A stretch of DNA of 64,000 nt from an uncultured Clostridia bacterium (GCA_947628815.1 CANRBJ010000002.1:3584-67583), one strand, 5' to 3'. Positions 17,795-27,002 are shown, counted from the stretch's first letter. Translations and numbers: made by a program. The notes: generated from the sequence alone by a model not told the origin.

Positions 17795-18784
17795 TTAGAG
17801 AATCATATTATTATAACTTAAATCTATTTTATCTTGAGAATAGGTGATGACATGATCTAATGGTATATAATTTTCAGATATTTGAAATTTTTTAAAATTT
17901 GAAGTATTTGCTTTAATTATACTTTCGTTGTAATCAGTTACAGTACCAGGAACAAAAATACACTTATTAACTGATACTAAGCAATCGCACCCATCTGCTA
18001 TCTTAATCCCATATTTAGAATTATTCATATCAAAATTACATCCGTCTACATGTACCGTGGTATTAGATTGTTTATCTATCAATATAGGAGTATCGTGTAA
18101 ATATTGAAAATCACAATTTTCTATTCTAATTTCTCCACTAGAACCCGCATCTATACGAATTCCTCCATTGGTGCAAGTTCCAGATATGGTTAGGCCATAT
18201 ATTGTTAACTTAGATCCATCACCAATACTAAAACTAAATAAATGATCTAGAATTGAAATATCTGATATATTTATATCTGAAAAATCTAAATAGAGGAATT
18301 TATTATTCGGTACAACTATAGATATAGGTTGGATGTTATTAGTAATTTCGCCTGTAAATTTAAAATAGGCTGTCTTAGATGCCGAATTTAAAAATGGTGA
18401 TATTACTTGTAATATACGATTAGTAGAGTTGACCGATGTTGCGGAAGGATAGAATGAGATATTCCGATCATCTCTGATCCATTGATTATTTCTTCTTATG
18501 TAATTATAAGTATCGGCGGGAGCATCTTCAAACGATATATATGAATCACCGTCCCAAATGTGTAGACCTTTGTTGAATATGTATAATTTACCAATCTCTC
18601 CTACTTTAGGTAGATTATCTACCACCTGGATCATATCGGTTATGCAGTATCTGGCATCATTCATATCATAGTACCAACCTACACTATCTCTTATAGCAAT
18701 AATTTGACCATTAGTTATAGATAGCTTAGATAGATCGGATTTATTTGTAGTAGTGTATTTTACGTCCATATAAGATTTTTTCAC
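17795..18784 (-). CDS. Tail spike-like protein with right-handed parallel beta-helix repeats (possible depolymerase)
   Basis: Repeating segments ISGTCTNGGIRIDAGSSGEIRIENCDFQYL...TTVHVDGCNFDMNNSKYGIKIADGCDCLVSVNKCIF are typical of pectate-lyase-fold repeats. Confidence 0.55.
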   Translation of the reverse strand: MKKSYMDVKYTTTNKSDLSKLSITNGQIIAIRDSVGWYYDMNDARYCITDMIQVVDNLPKVGEIGKLYIFNKGLHIWDGDSYISFEDAPADTYNYIRRNNQWIRDDRNISFYPSATSVNSTNRILQVISPFLNSASKTAYFKFTGEITNNIQPISIVVPNNKFLYLDFSDINISDISILDHLFSFSIGDGSKLTIYGLTISGTCTNGGIRIDAGSSGEIRIENCDFQYLHDTPILIDKQSNTTVHVDGCNFDMNNSKYGIKIADGCDCLVSVNKCIFVPGTVTDYNESIIKANTSNFKKFQISENYIPLDHVITYSQDKIDLSYNNMIL

Positions 18785-18826
18785 TCCCTTATATTGGTTC
18801 TTATAATCATATAAAAGGTAGATGAT

Positions 18827-18862
18827 AAAAAAATAAGGCCCAGTATCTTATCAGATACTGGG
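18827..18862 (-). terminator. Rho-independent terminator
   Basis: 10-bp stem CCCAGTATCT (18839-18848) with AGATACTGGG (18853-18862). On the minus strand it is followed by CCTTA-TTTTTTT (18827-18833). Confidence 0.7.
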
Positions 18863-19016
18863 TCTTGATAGCATATTCAGATAACATATTTAGATAGCTT
18901 AGTGACATACTCTCCCGCCTCTATGCTACGCATAGAGGCGGGGCTTCTCGCTCAATACATCTAATGATGTAAGTATCAACGAGCTAACCCCGTGTGTCCC
19001 ACGGTTTATGTACAGG

Positions 19017-20111
19017 TTATGCTAATGCTAATCGCATACCCTCATTTCTGATATTTATGGCAGCATTTACATCTCGGTTGTGCCGTGTACCGCACTCAGC
19101 ACAAATCCAGTTCCTTATGGACAAGTCCTTTGTTTCGGGATTTTTACAGCCACAAACATTGCAAATTTGACTGCTTGGAAAAAATTTATCAACTTTTATA
19201 AGCTTTTTTCCCGCTTCATCAAGTTTGTATTGCAGAAATGTTGTGAACATACCCCAACCATTATCGCTTACGGATTTGCCGAAGTGTAACGCCCCCGACA
19301 TAGCTTTCATGTCAAGATTTTCAATGCATACACAATCATAGGCATTGGCTATCTGTCTTGATTGCTTATGCAAAAAATCCTTACGCTGATTTGAAACCTT
19401 TTCGTGAAGTTTTGCAACCTTGATGCGCTGCTTATTACGGTTATTTGAATCTTTCTGCATATGAGATAACTTTCGCTGTTCTTTTGCAAGTTTAGCTTCA
19501 GAAAGGCGGTAGTATCTCGGATAATTAGGCTCATTGCCATCACTGTCAACATACAATTCGTGCATAGAAAAATCCAAACCTAAAAAGGAATGTGGTTCTA
19601 TTTGTTGTACTTGGCTTTCATACTCAAACAGAATACTTGCGTAATATTTACCGCTTGGATTTTGACTTACGGTTACAGATTTGAGTATGTAATCATCAGG
19701 TACTTGCCTATGCTGCTTGCACTTAACAAGCCCAATTTTGGGAAGTTTGAGTTGCCCGTTTTTTAGTGAGATATTGCCGTTTACATAATTTGTCGTATAA
19801 CTTCTATGGTTGGACTTTTTAGACTTGAATTTCGGAAAACCGACTTTAGGGTTTCTGAAAAAATTACCGTAAGCAGTTTGTAAATTCATTTGTGCGTTCG
19901 CAAGAGCAAGACTGTCAACTTCCTTTAACCACTCATATCTCGATTTGTACTGTGCCGGAGTGTTATTCAGCTTTTGATTTGTATTTTCATAATGCTTGAT
20001 TTTATCGGCAAGCATTTGGTTGTAGATAAAACGAACACATCCGAAGGTCTTGGCAAGCATTGTGCGTTGTTCTGCATTTGGGTATATTCTGAATTTATAT
20101 GCTTTATTCAA
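19017..20111 (-). CDS. tnpB: TnpB (OrfB) RNA-guided endonuclease of IS200/IS605
   Basis: RuvC residues are intact (GLDFS, CIENLD, NRDVNAAINI). Zinc ribbon CNVCG...CAECG. N-terminus MNKAYKFRIYPNAEQ is typical of TnpB. Confidence 0.9.
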   Translation of the reverse strand: MNKAYKFRIYPNAEQRTMLAKTFGCVRFIYNQMLADKIKHYENTNQKLNNTPAQYKSRYEWLKEVDSLALANAQMNLQTAYGNFFRNPKVGFPKFKSKKSNHRSYTTNYVNGNISLKNGQLKLPKIGLVKCKQHRQVPDDYILKSVTVSQNPSGKYYASILFEYESQVQQIEPHSFLGLDFSMHELYVDSDGNEPNYPRYYRLSEAKLAKEQRKLSHMQKDSNNRNKQRIKVAKLHEKVSNQRKDFLHKQSRQIANAYDCVCIENLDMKAMSGALHFGKSVSDNGWGMFTTFLQYKLDEAGKKLIKVDKFFPSSQICNVCGCKNPETKDLSIRNWICAECGTRHNRDVNAAINIRNEGMRLALA

Positions 20112-20117
20112 TGCTTC

Positions 20118-20510
20118 TCACCTTGACTTTCTATATATTTTTTTTATTACATTTATTGGTGCGCCGCCTGTTGTAAGCAAGCAAAAACTTTGACTCCAAA
20201 AATGTTCTTCCCAAAGTTTTTGTCGAATTGCAGGAAATTCTTTTTTCAAAAGGCGACTGCTTGCACTTTTGTAAGCATTTATGAATTTGCTCAACTCGCT
20301 TTTGGGGTGTGCCTTGAAAAGAATGTGGATATGGTCTTTATCATAATTCCATTCTTGAAGTGTAATATTGTATTTTGGAGCAATGTACTCAAATATTTCT
20401 TTTGCACGATACGAGATATTATCATCGAATACCTTTCGACGATATTTTACGACGAGTACAAGATGATAATACATCAGAAACACTGAATGTGCATTATTAT
20501 CTAATTCCAT
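20118..20510 (-). CDS. tnpA: IS200/IS605 Y1 (HUH) transposase TnpA
   Basis: YHLVLVVKYRRKVF, the HUH motif DKDHIHILF, and a C-terminal tyrosine region (INVIKKIYRK). Confidence 0.85.
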   Translation of the reverse strand: MELDNNAHSVFLMYYHLVLVVKYRRKVFDDNISYRAKEIFEYIAPKYNITLQEWNYDKDHIHILFKAHPKSELSKFINAYKSASSRLLKKEFPAIRQKLWEEHFWSQSFCLLTTGGAPINVIKKIYRKSR

Positions 20511-20633
20511 TATTATTCAGTCCTTTTATATTATTCGACTGATTATAGAATATCGTGATTTTTTAGGCTTGTCAAGTATCAGGAGCAATTCATCCCACCA
20601 CCTAAGAGGTGGGGGACTTCTTGCTAAAATCGG

Positions 20634-21437
20634 TTAAATTTCACCCCACTTAGGGATTGAATCAATAGCAGATTGAGCGGTCTCTTTTGCATCTGTTATA
20701 TCTTTAGGTGAAACATCATATTTCACTATATTACCATTAGCATCTACTGCCAATGATTTATCTGAAGTATTAGAACCAGAAGATATAGTAATATTCGCAG
20801 ATACTTTATTATCATCTGTGATAGTTACTGTAACATTCTTGTCATCATTATCAGCCGTATAGACATCTACTAAATCGGATGCTGGTATGTATACCTTTTC
20901 TTCTTGACCATCAATAGTTAGCTCAATATTTTTAGTATCAGGGTTGTAGCTACCAGCTGTTACAAATTTATCTTTAGGAATATTAACTACTAGATCAGGT
21001 TTTCCTTCCATCGGGATAGTAAGAATTAATTGAGAAGAATCCCAAGTAGCATTTTTAGCATAACCGTTCAGATCCACTCCATCTGGAATCGTCACTGTAA
21101 CAGGTGATCCGCCTTCAACTGGGAGAGTAAGAGTCTTAGATTCTGCATCATAAGAAGGATTCTTAACAACTCCATCTAAATCTACGTCGGGGGGTAAAAC
21201 TACTTCTATGTTTGATTGATTTTCTCTTTCAAATGTAATAGTCCGCTCTCCAGAATTATATGATACCCCTTTTATGAATCCGTCTATATCAGGAACCTCT
21301 ACATCTGATGCCATTAAAATGTCACCTTTATATATTCTTTTGGTATCTGTTACAAAATATAGAGTATTGGGGTCTTTATCAGACAATTCATAAGCAGATT
21401 GATCACCATACTTAAATAATACAACATCATTTATCAT
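20634..21437 (-). CDS. Tail fibre protein (paralogue family with a shared N-terminal module)
   Basis: N-terminus FKYGDQSAYELSDKDPNTLYFVTDTKRIYKGD is shared with 49310..50587 and 48493..49281. The body is repetitive and beta-rich. Confidence 0.55.
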   Translation of the reverse strand: MINDVVLFKYGDQSAYELSDKDPNTLYFVTDTKRIYKGDILMASDVEVPDIDGFIKGVSYNSGERTITFERENQSNIEVVLPPDVDLDGVVKNPSYDAESKTLTLPVEGGSPVTVTIPDGVDLNGYAKNATWDSSQLILTIPMEGKPDLVVNIPKDKFVTAGSYNPDTKNIELTIDGQEEKVYIPASDLVDVYTADNDDKNVTVTITDDNKVSANITISSGSNTSDKSLAVDANGNIVKYDVSPKDITDAKETAQSAIDSIPKWGEI

Positions 21438-21525
21438 TTAATATCAAAATCCCTTCTATATAATATTATCTTTCATATAATTTACTATAATTTGATTGAA
21501 TGCGTCATATTGGATAAATGACTTC

Positions 21526-22101
21526 TTATCCATCTGATTCATCTAATTCGCACCAACGCCTAGAAATATCTACATTTTCTACTATATCCTTTATTTCTTC
21601 TAGATCAGATTTACCTGCATATCTCTCATCTGCTTTGGAAAATAATACATCCTCTATCTCACCCAAATCTAATACTTTCCATACCTCATGCACTTGATCC
21701 CATTCAAAATAACCGACTTTGCCGTCACCAGTATCATTGACCCTTACAATCTTACCGTGGGGAAGTAACTTGGTATTTAATCTATTTCTTTGCGCTTTTG
21801 TGTCTACAGTTATAAACGACCTATCTATTTCTTCATTAGGCCTAGGAGGCGGAGGTCCGGGCTTAGGGTGCGGGCAAGGAATAGGTTTAAGATTATCACA
21901 TGATAGAGGCCTTAAGTAATATATGTCTTCATCGCACAAAGGAAATTTAACATTATCTGGTATGTGAGATAGATACCAGCCAATCTGTTCATTATAATGA
22001 TACATGTACCAACCATAGTGTAGTACATACTTCTCATCAGGTCGTCTTACATCCATTACAACTATATTATTTTTAAATTCAAATGGAGTATTACAATTCA
22101 T
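21526..22101 (-). CDS. Hypothetical protein with a proline-rich linker
   Basis: 191-codon ORF containing PCPHPKPGPPPPRP. Lies in the fibre cluster. Confidence 0.5.
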   Translation of the reverse strand: MNCNTPFEFKNNIVVMDVRRPDEKYVLHYGWYMYHYNEQIGWYLSHIPDNVKFPLCDEDIYYLRPLSCDNLKPIPCPHPKPGPPPPRPNEEIDRSFITVDTKAQRNRLNTKLLPHGKIVRVNDTGDGKVGYFEWDQVHEVWKVLDLGEIEDVLFSKADERYAGKSDLEEIKDIVENVDISRRWCELDESDG

Positions 22102-22115
22102 ACTTATCTCTCCAC

Positions 22116-22379
22116 CTATCTTTCAATCAAATACATATCATCTAAATCCGTTCTCTGTAGAGGTTTCAAATTAGTTGGGTCATCAGTCTGAATTAGATGC
22201 CACCCACATACTTCTCTATTACCTCCCCAGGAGTACCAACCATGGCATACAGTCCATAAGGTGGTCTGAAATCTGCCTAATTTGACTTTGCATCCAGGGG
22301 TGATATACGTATTTAGTTCAGGAATATCTAAACGAATTTCATTGAACAAAAATAACCACCTCACTAGAAATTGATTCAC
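22116..22379 (-). CDS. Hypothetical Trp-rich small protein
   Basis: 87-codon ORF on the gene strand. No motif recognised. Confidence 0.45.
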   Translation of the reverse strand: MNQFLVRWLFLFNEIRLDIPELNTYITPGCKVKLGRFQTTLWTVCHGWYSWGGNREVCGWHLIQTDDPTNLKPLQRTDLDDMYLIER

Positions 22380-22436
22380 ATTTCTATAAAAGGTTGTGGT
22401 GGGTGGTTATATTAGATATTTAATTACACGTATATA

Positions 22437-23408
22437 TTAATCAGATACAGGAGATCTTAAATAATTCGGAATCACTGATTTGTAAAGTTCATAAGCTTCA
22501 TCTGCTACTTTTTTCATATCTGGATGAGGTGCTCCGGTAGTACCTTTACTCCTCAAATCAAAGAAATGCTCCCACTGTCGTAAGTTAGCAGTCATAATCA
22601 CTTCAGTCTTCAAAGCATTTGGCAGAACTGCTCTGGCCTGCTGAGGTGTCATATGATAAACGTTTATAAGTTTCATATACGCTTTCTCTGCAGTATTTAA
22701 GCTATCCATGAAAGTATATATCGCTTCAGGTTCCCAAGATGCTAGATTACTGGGATTGATAAATACGATCTCTCCTCCGAATTTATCATCACTATAATTA
22801 CAGTATCTGGTAGATTCTTGTGCAAAACTGCAGCGATGCCTCACTAACTCATGAGATACGCCTCTATCACATATGAAATGGAAGGTTAAGAATTTGTGAT
22901 CCAGATAAATATTCGAAGGATTCATAAACTCTTTCTCTACATCATCTACTATCTGTACATATGTCTTAAAGATTTGAGCATCCTCATCTTCCACCCAGCA
23001 ATCTCCTATTCGGTTCGGATAATAATGTTCAATGAAACAATTCCATAAAACATTTTGGACTAATCTACCCGATATATCTTCCCTAATCAGGTGAGATAAA
23101 CTAACTGTGACATACGCGCCAGTCATACCGCTTGTTGGCTCAGTATATTCATCAAATTCTACATATCTATTAGACAAAGCAAATTGTTTTACGTCATCTA
23201 ACCAATTACACAGGTTGATCTTGAAAGTGACGTTGAAATGCTCTAACATAGCAAAATGCTTACGTTTAATAAGGCCCTTTACAAACTTATATGCACTGTC
23301 TTCGGTTATCTTGTCTTCTGATTTGTAACAAGTTCTCCCAACGACCTCAATATGCTTAAATGGATCTTTTTGTGGAATGATGGAAGCTGCTGAATTAGTC
23401 AATTTCAT
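22437..23408 (-). CDS. thyX: Flavin-dependent thymidylate synthase
   Basis: ThyX motif VSHELVRHRCSFAQESTRY (RHRxxSxxxxSxR). ATG at 23408 (MKLTNS) has an AAGGAG RBS; the track start at 23453 is a TTG. Confidence 0.85.
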   Translation of the reverse strand: MKLTNSAASIIPQKDPFKHIEVVGRTCYKSEDKITEDSAYKFVKGLIKRKHFAMLEHFNVTFKINLCNWLDDVKQFALSNRYVEFDEYTEPTSGMTGAYVTVSLSHLIREDISGRLVQNVLWNCFIEHYYPNRIGDCWVEDEDAQIFKTYVQIVDDVEKEFMNPSNIYLDHKFLTFHFICDRGVSHELVRHRCSFAQESTRYCNYSDDKFGGEIVFINPSNLASWEPEAIYTFMDSLNTAEKAYMKLINVYHMTPQQARAVLPNALKTEVIMTANLRQWEHFFDLRSKGTTGAPHPDMKKVADEAYELYKSVIPNYLRSPVSD

Positions 23409-23710
23409 AAAATTTCTCCTTCTTGTTTTAGTTTCTTTCCGCACATAAGGCAATTATTGATTTTCACAGTCAATCCATTACTACCACTACTGTGTAAATC
23501 ATATCCTTACGCAATTAAATTATTAGGGTATTGAATCGCAATACCTTTGTCATTTGTATCTCCTATTACAAGAGAGTTCCCCATTTCACAAAACGGGCAG
23601 GGATTTTGTCTCTCATTGGCCACCACTTCTTTATTATGTAATATTTATAATATAGGGAGATAAACATATAGCTATGATATTCTATCCCTCTATACTTACT
23701 AGATAGTGAT

Positions 23711-23785
23711 TTAAGTAACAAAGAACTTAACTAAGTTGATGTACGATTCTATGTATTCAACATTACTACGTTGTACGCCAAGTAT
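23711..23785 (-). pseudogene. Start-less C-terminal fragment paralogous to ORF 24040..24240
   Basis: Minus-frame ILGVQRSNVEYIESYINLVKFFVT* aligns with LGVQRDIAEYAESYISLGKFFAV* of the neighbouring gene. About 75% nt identity over ~45 nt (23738-23784 vs 24067-24113). An in-frame stop lies directly upstream. Confidence 0.4.
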
Positions 23786-23800
23786 TTAAATTATTCATCT

Positions 23801-23950
23801 TTATCTCTTCAGATTATTTTTTTGAAATTCAGTTGACATATTTTGAATTTCAAGCCACTTATCTTTAGACGTCTTTTTATTAATAAATTCTTTTGATTTT
23901 TCTTTTGAAATGGTTAATGTTGTATGTATTGGTTTAGCCATAACAGACAT
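23801..23950 (-). CDS. Hypothetical small protein
   Basis: ORF track gives 23801..24001. ATG at 23950 (MSVMAKPIH) lies 8 nt after an AAGGAGG RBS. Confidence 0.45.
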   Translation of the reverse strand: MSVMAKPIHTTLTISKEKSKEFINKKTSKDKWLEIQNMSTEFQKNNLKR

Positions 23951-24039
23951 TTGTAAAACCTCCTTAGAATTACCCAAGTTCTCCCTTTGTAGCTTGTCCA
24001 TATTATACCACCTTATTCAAAATATAGTTTGAATTTTGT

Positions 24040-24240
24040 TTAAACAGCAAAAAATTTGCCCAGACTAATATATGATTCTGCGTATTCGGCAATATCACGT
24101 TGTACGCCTAAAGAATCCTGAGAATGTAACCTGTTGTAATCATCTGATGTTGGATTATCTATTGTTACTACCCTGCTAATGGGTTCAAAATCTTCAAATA
24201 AAGCTTTTAGTACCTTGTCCTCTCTTATAACATAGTCCAT
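24040..24240 (-). CDS. Hypothetical small protein
   Basis: 66-codon ORF with a GGAGTGTGG RBS region. Has a decayed paralogue at 23711-23785. Confidence 0.5.
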   Translation of the reverse strand: MDYVIREDKVLKALFEDFEPISRVVTIDNPTSDDYNRLHSQDSLGVQRDIAEYAESYISLGKFFAV

Positions 24241-24488
24241 AAGACCACACTCCTATATACTTTTTGAACCTTTTTGCATCTCAATCACCTTTTTATTACT
24301 GGAGCTGATAAAATAGCTTTCAAAGGGTATCCCTCAGACGGGTCTTTCTTTAATGCCTTTGTTTTGCACAAAGAATAAACTCCCGTTACTGGTGCTGTAA
24401 AAGATTTTCTAAACATAGAAATTACTTTCTTCATATAAAACACTTAAACTGCCTTCTTTCGTGATTATATTTCATCGCCAAATGCATC

Positions 24489-25007
24489 TCAGCCAGATCT
24501 TTCACATCTAGCAAACAATTCTATTCTTGGTAGATCTCCCATAAGTTTAACAATTTGCTTTCTAACTAAATCCGGTTTTGTTGAATGATCATATACTGGA
24601 GTATCAACAACAGAACATATCCCCATGTCTTTACGCTGTAATCTTTTTCCTCGTGCGCCTATAAGGCAGAGTTCAGAATTACTCCTGGTGTAGTTACCGA
24701 TGCCCATGAACCAGGACATCGATTTCTTGTTATGCTTGACCCAATTGAAGCCTATTGTTTTATACTCAAATCCCCAAGCTTTGATAGTATCTAATCCCTC
24801 TTGAAGTAACGGAAATTTTACCCAAATAAACAAGATACAATCGTCCGCTGCGATTCTACTTATAGGAAGTTCTTGGATATCTTGTAGTTTCATTGTCTTA
24901 TAGTGTCTTTCTGCTCCTCCTGGAACACCTCGATCATTGTACCTCCAAGGCGGATCAGCATATATTATGTTGTACTTCCTATCTGTAGTGAATATATCTA
25001 CTTTCAT
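24489..25007 (-). CDS. MT-A70-family N6-adenine DNA methyltransferase
   Basis: YNIIYADPPWRY (DPPW catalytic motif) near the N-terminus. Size is typical of phage MT-A70 enzymes. Confidence 0.8.
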   Translation of the reverse strand: MKVDIFTTDRKYNIIYADPPWRYNDRGVPGGAERHYKTMKLQDIQELPISRIAADDCILFIWVKFPLLQEGLDTIKAWGFEYKTIGFNWVKHNKKSMSWFMGIGNYTRSNSELCLIGARGKRLQRKDMGICSVVDTPVYDHSTKPDLVRKQIVKLMGDLPRIELFARCERSG

Positions 25008-25021
25008 TAATAGCCCTCCAT

Positions 25022-25288
25022 TTAAAGGTAGTTCTTTCTAAATTCTTCTTCAGTTATCTTAGCGATTCCCCATTTATCGGCTTTCTGATTCTTAGAAGAA
25101 TTCGAAGAAGGGTCATCGGTAATCAAGAATCTAGTATCTTTAGAAATATCACCTGCTATATATCCATAAGCTTTGAGTTCCTTTTCAAAATCAGCCCTTT
25201 TTACCGATAATTTTCCAGTTATAGCAACTTTTATTTTATTTTCAACTACCTTATCTTCTAGGGGATTTTTTTCTTGATACACGGTCAA
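25022..25288 (-). CDS. ligA: NAD-dependent DNA ligase, C-terminal BRCT segment, in a different frame from the ligase body
   Basis: KVAITGKLSVKRADFEKELKAYGYIAGDISKDTRFLITDDPSSNSSKNQKADKWGIAKITEEEF matches the LigA BRCT pattern. It only has a TTG start and overlaps the ligase body ORF across an A7 run (25266-25272). Confidence 0.7.
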   Translation of the reverse strand: MTVYQEKNPLEDKVVENKIKVAITGKLSVKRADFEKELKAYGYIAGDISKDTRFLITDDPSSNSSKNQKADKWGIAKITEEEFRKNYL

Positions 25289-26933
25289 ATATTAGATTCA
25301 ATCTATTGAACTTGCGAAGATTATCCAATATTGACTTAGCATTAGCTTCTCCTATAACACTAGACAATTTAGAACTTATCATATAGATATAACGATCATC
25401 GCGGTCGCTGGCATTCGACAATGCTAACACCTCATCTATTATATCAGGATACTTTGATAGCCTATCGCAGGTTTTGTCACCTAATCTCGGGATGTTAAGA
25501 GCTTTAAGCGCATCTGACATAGGTATATCTTTTCGGTTGTAGAGCATATCTAACATATCGTAGATAAGTTTTTTATGACCAGATGCGTGGTCTTGAATAT
25601 ACTCCATAGAATTATTAAGCATCAAGGTCTCTATGTTTAAATCTTTAGAGAACATCATATCTAAGAATTTAAATTTAATCTTATCGCCTAAGCCATCAAT
25701 CGGGGCAATATTTTCAATCCATACAGAAAGATCTTGACGGGCTGCGTTACCACAGAATTCATTGTTGCATTTAAGGTGCACACCATCCCATACTAATTCT
25801 TGGTGACATACTGGACATATCTTAGGTAATATTGATTTACTAGATTTTATAACTTTATTGATATTTGGTATGATTTCACCGTGTTTCTCTACCTCCACAA
25901 TTGAATCAACACCTATCTCATTATCCTTAATAAACTTTGCATTATATCCGGTACAATATTGAACTATAGTTCCAGATAATTCTACTGGAGCTATACGCAC
26001 TCTCGGCATAAGATAATTTGTTTTGGTCATGTTCCATTCAACTTCAAGTACTGGAGACTCCGCTACCTCTGAAGAAAACTTAAATGCTTGAGCATCATAT
26101 TTAACTTCGTAGGTATCTGAATCATATTGAAGCTTCATATTCTTAATAACTAGACCATCAATAGGATAGTCATGCTCTTTATTTAAATCCTCTGCCAATT
26201 CTGGAAAATCTGATATATTTTGTCTATCTATATCATAAATCATCTTAGAGGGTACTACTTTTTTAAAATTTTTCTCAAGCCAATGGTTCATGTACGTAAT
26301 ATAGTAGATAGGTAAAGAACCTCTTACATGACCCATTATTGTATATACTACAATACTTAAGAAATAAATATCTTCTGAAACGTCTTTAGAATTGATAATC
26401 CCAGCAGCAGAATTTCTTGAATTTTTTGCTTCTGGATGACGTTTCTTATATTCCTTCCAAGATTCACCGTCCATAAGAATTTCACCACGAACTGCCCCTG
26501 TGAATAATTTATCATCTATTTCCTCTGGAAGAATATATCTGATCTTATCGGTGATATCTATACCTACCTCTCCATTACCTCGGGTGAGGGCTCTGGCCAA
26601 TCTTCCATATTCATAATATAATACTACTGAAAGGCCATCTAATTTAAGAGATACTTGTACATCTTTTCTTTTAAGGGATTTTTGAATCTCCTCCCAAGAG
26701 TATGCCTTGTCAAGAGAACCGGCTAATCCGTATTTATGGGGAATCTTTTCACCTGGAGTAGAGTCTTTATTGACATCATATCCCCACCCGGTTTGTTTAA
26801 GTATCGGAGAATCAGGATCTTCTTTTCTTAATTCCTTCGTCATGCGGTCAAATTCTTCATCTGTATAAGAAGAGGTACCATCTGTATAATATTTTTGCGA
26901 GGCTTCTTTGATTTGGTTTTCTAATTTTGTCAT
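25251..26933 (-). CDS. ligA: NAD-dependent DNA ligase (adenylation, OB, Zn-finger and HhH domains)
   Basis: Adenylation lysine motif SLKLDGLSV. Zn finger CPVCHQ...CNNEFC. N-terminus YYTDGTSSYTDEEFD. Ends 13 codons after the A7 run, without a BRCT domain. Confidence 0.9.
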   Translation of the reverse strand: MTKLENQIKEASQKYYTDGTSSYTDEEFDRMTKELRKEDPDSPILKQTGWGYDVNKDSTPGEKIPHKYGLAGSLDKAYSWEEIQKSLKRKDVQVSLKLDGLSVVLYYEYGRLARALTRGNGEVGIDITDKIRYILPEEIDDKLFTGAVRGEILMDGESWKEYKKRHPEAKNSRNSAAGIINSKDVSEDIYFLSIVVYTIMGHVRGSLPIYYITYMNHWLEKNFKKVVPSKMIYDIDRQNISDFPELAEDLNKEHDYPIDGLVIKNMKLQYDSDTYEVKYDAQAFKFSSEVAESPVLEVEWNMTKTNYLMPRVRIAPVELSGTIVQYCTGYNAKFIKDNEIGVDSIVEVEKHGEIIPNINKVIKSSKSILPKICPVCHQELVWDGVHLKCNNEFCGNAARQDLSVWIENIAPIDGLGDKIKFKFLDMMFSKDLNIETLMLNNSMEYIQDHASGHKKLIYDMLDMLYNRKDIPMSDALKALNIPRLGDKTCDRLSKYPDIIDEVLALSNASDRDDRYIYMISSKLSSVIGEANAKSILDNLRKFNRLNLIFDRVSRKKSPRR

Positions 26934-26978
26934 TATCTACATTCCTTTGAATTATTTTATTGTAAATTGTTTTCTTGT

Positions 26979-26993
26979 AGTATATAACGAATC
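26979..26993 (-). promoter_or_regulatory. Phage promoter-motif copy (ATTCGTTA-TATACT)
   Basis: Motif family member, 46 nt upstream of the ligA start. Confidence 0.5.
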
Positions 26994-27002
26994 ACAACAT
27001 CC

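Larger units (their letters stand above)
18880..20633 (-). mobile_element. IS200/IS605-family insertion sequence (tnpA + tnpB); ends are approximate
   Basis: Contains a Y1 transposase gene and tnpB. Subterminal hairpins lie at 20594-20615 (left end) and 18914-18943 (right end). They have similar flanks: GCAAGAAGTCCCCCACCTCT versus GCGAGAAGCCCCGCCTCT on the minus strand. No inverted terminal repeats, as expected for this family. Confidence 0.75.

Noticed and set aside
24282-24434. Possible 50-codon minus-strand ORF (MKKVISMFRKSF...) in the gap upstream of 24040..24240.
   Set aside because: It is below the track threshold, the nearest purine-rich RBS-like string is about 17 nt from the ATG, and no motif was recognised. 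Not enough support to call it.
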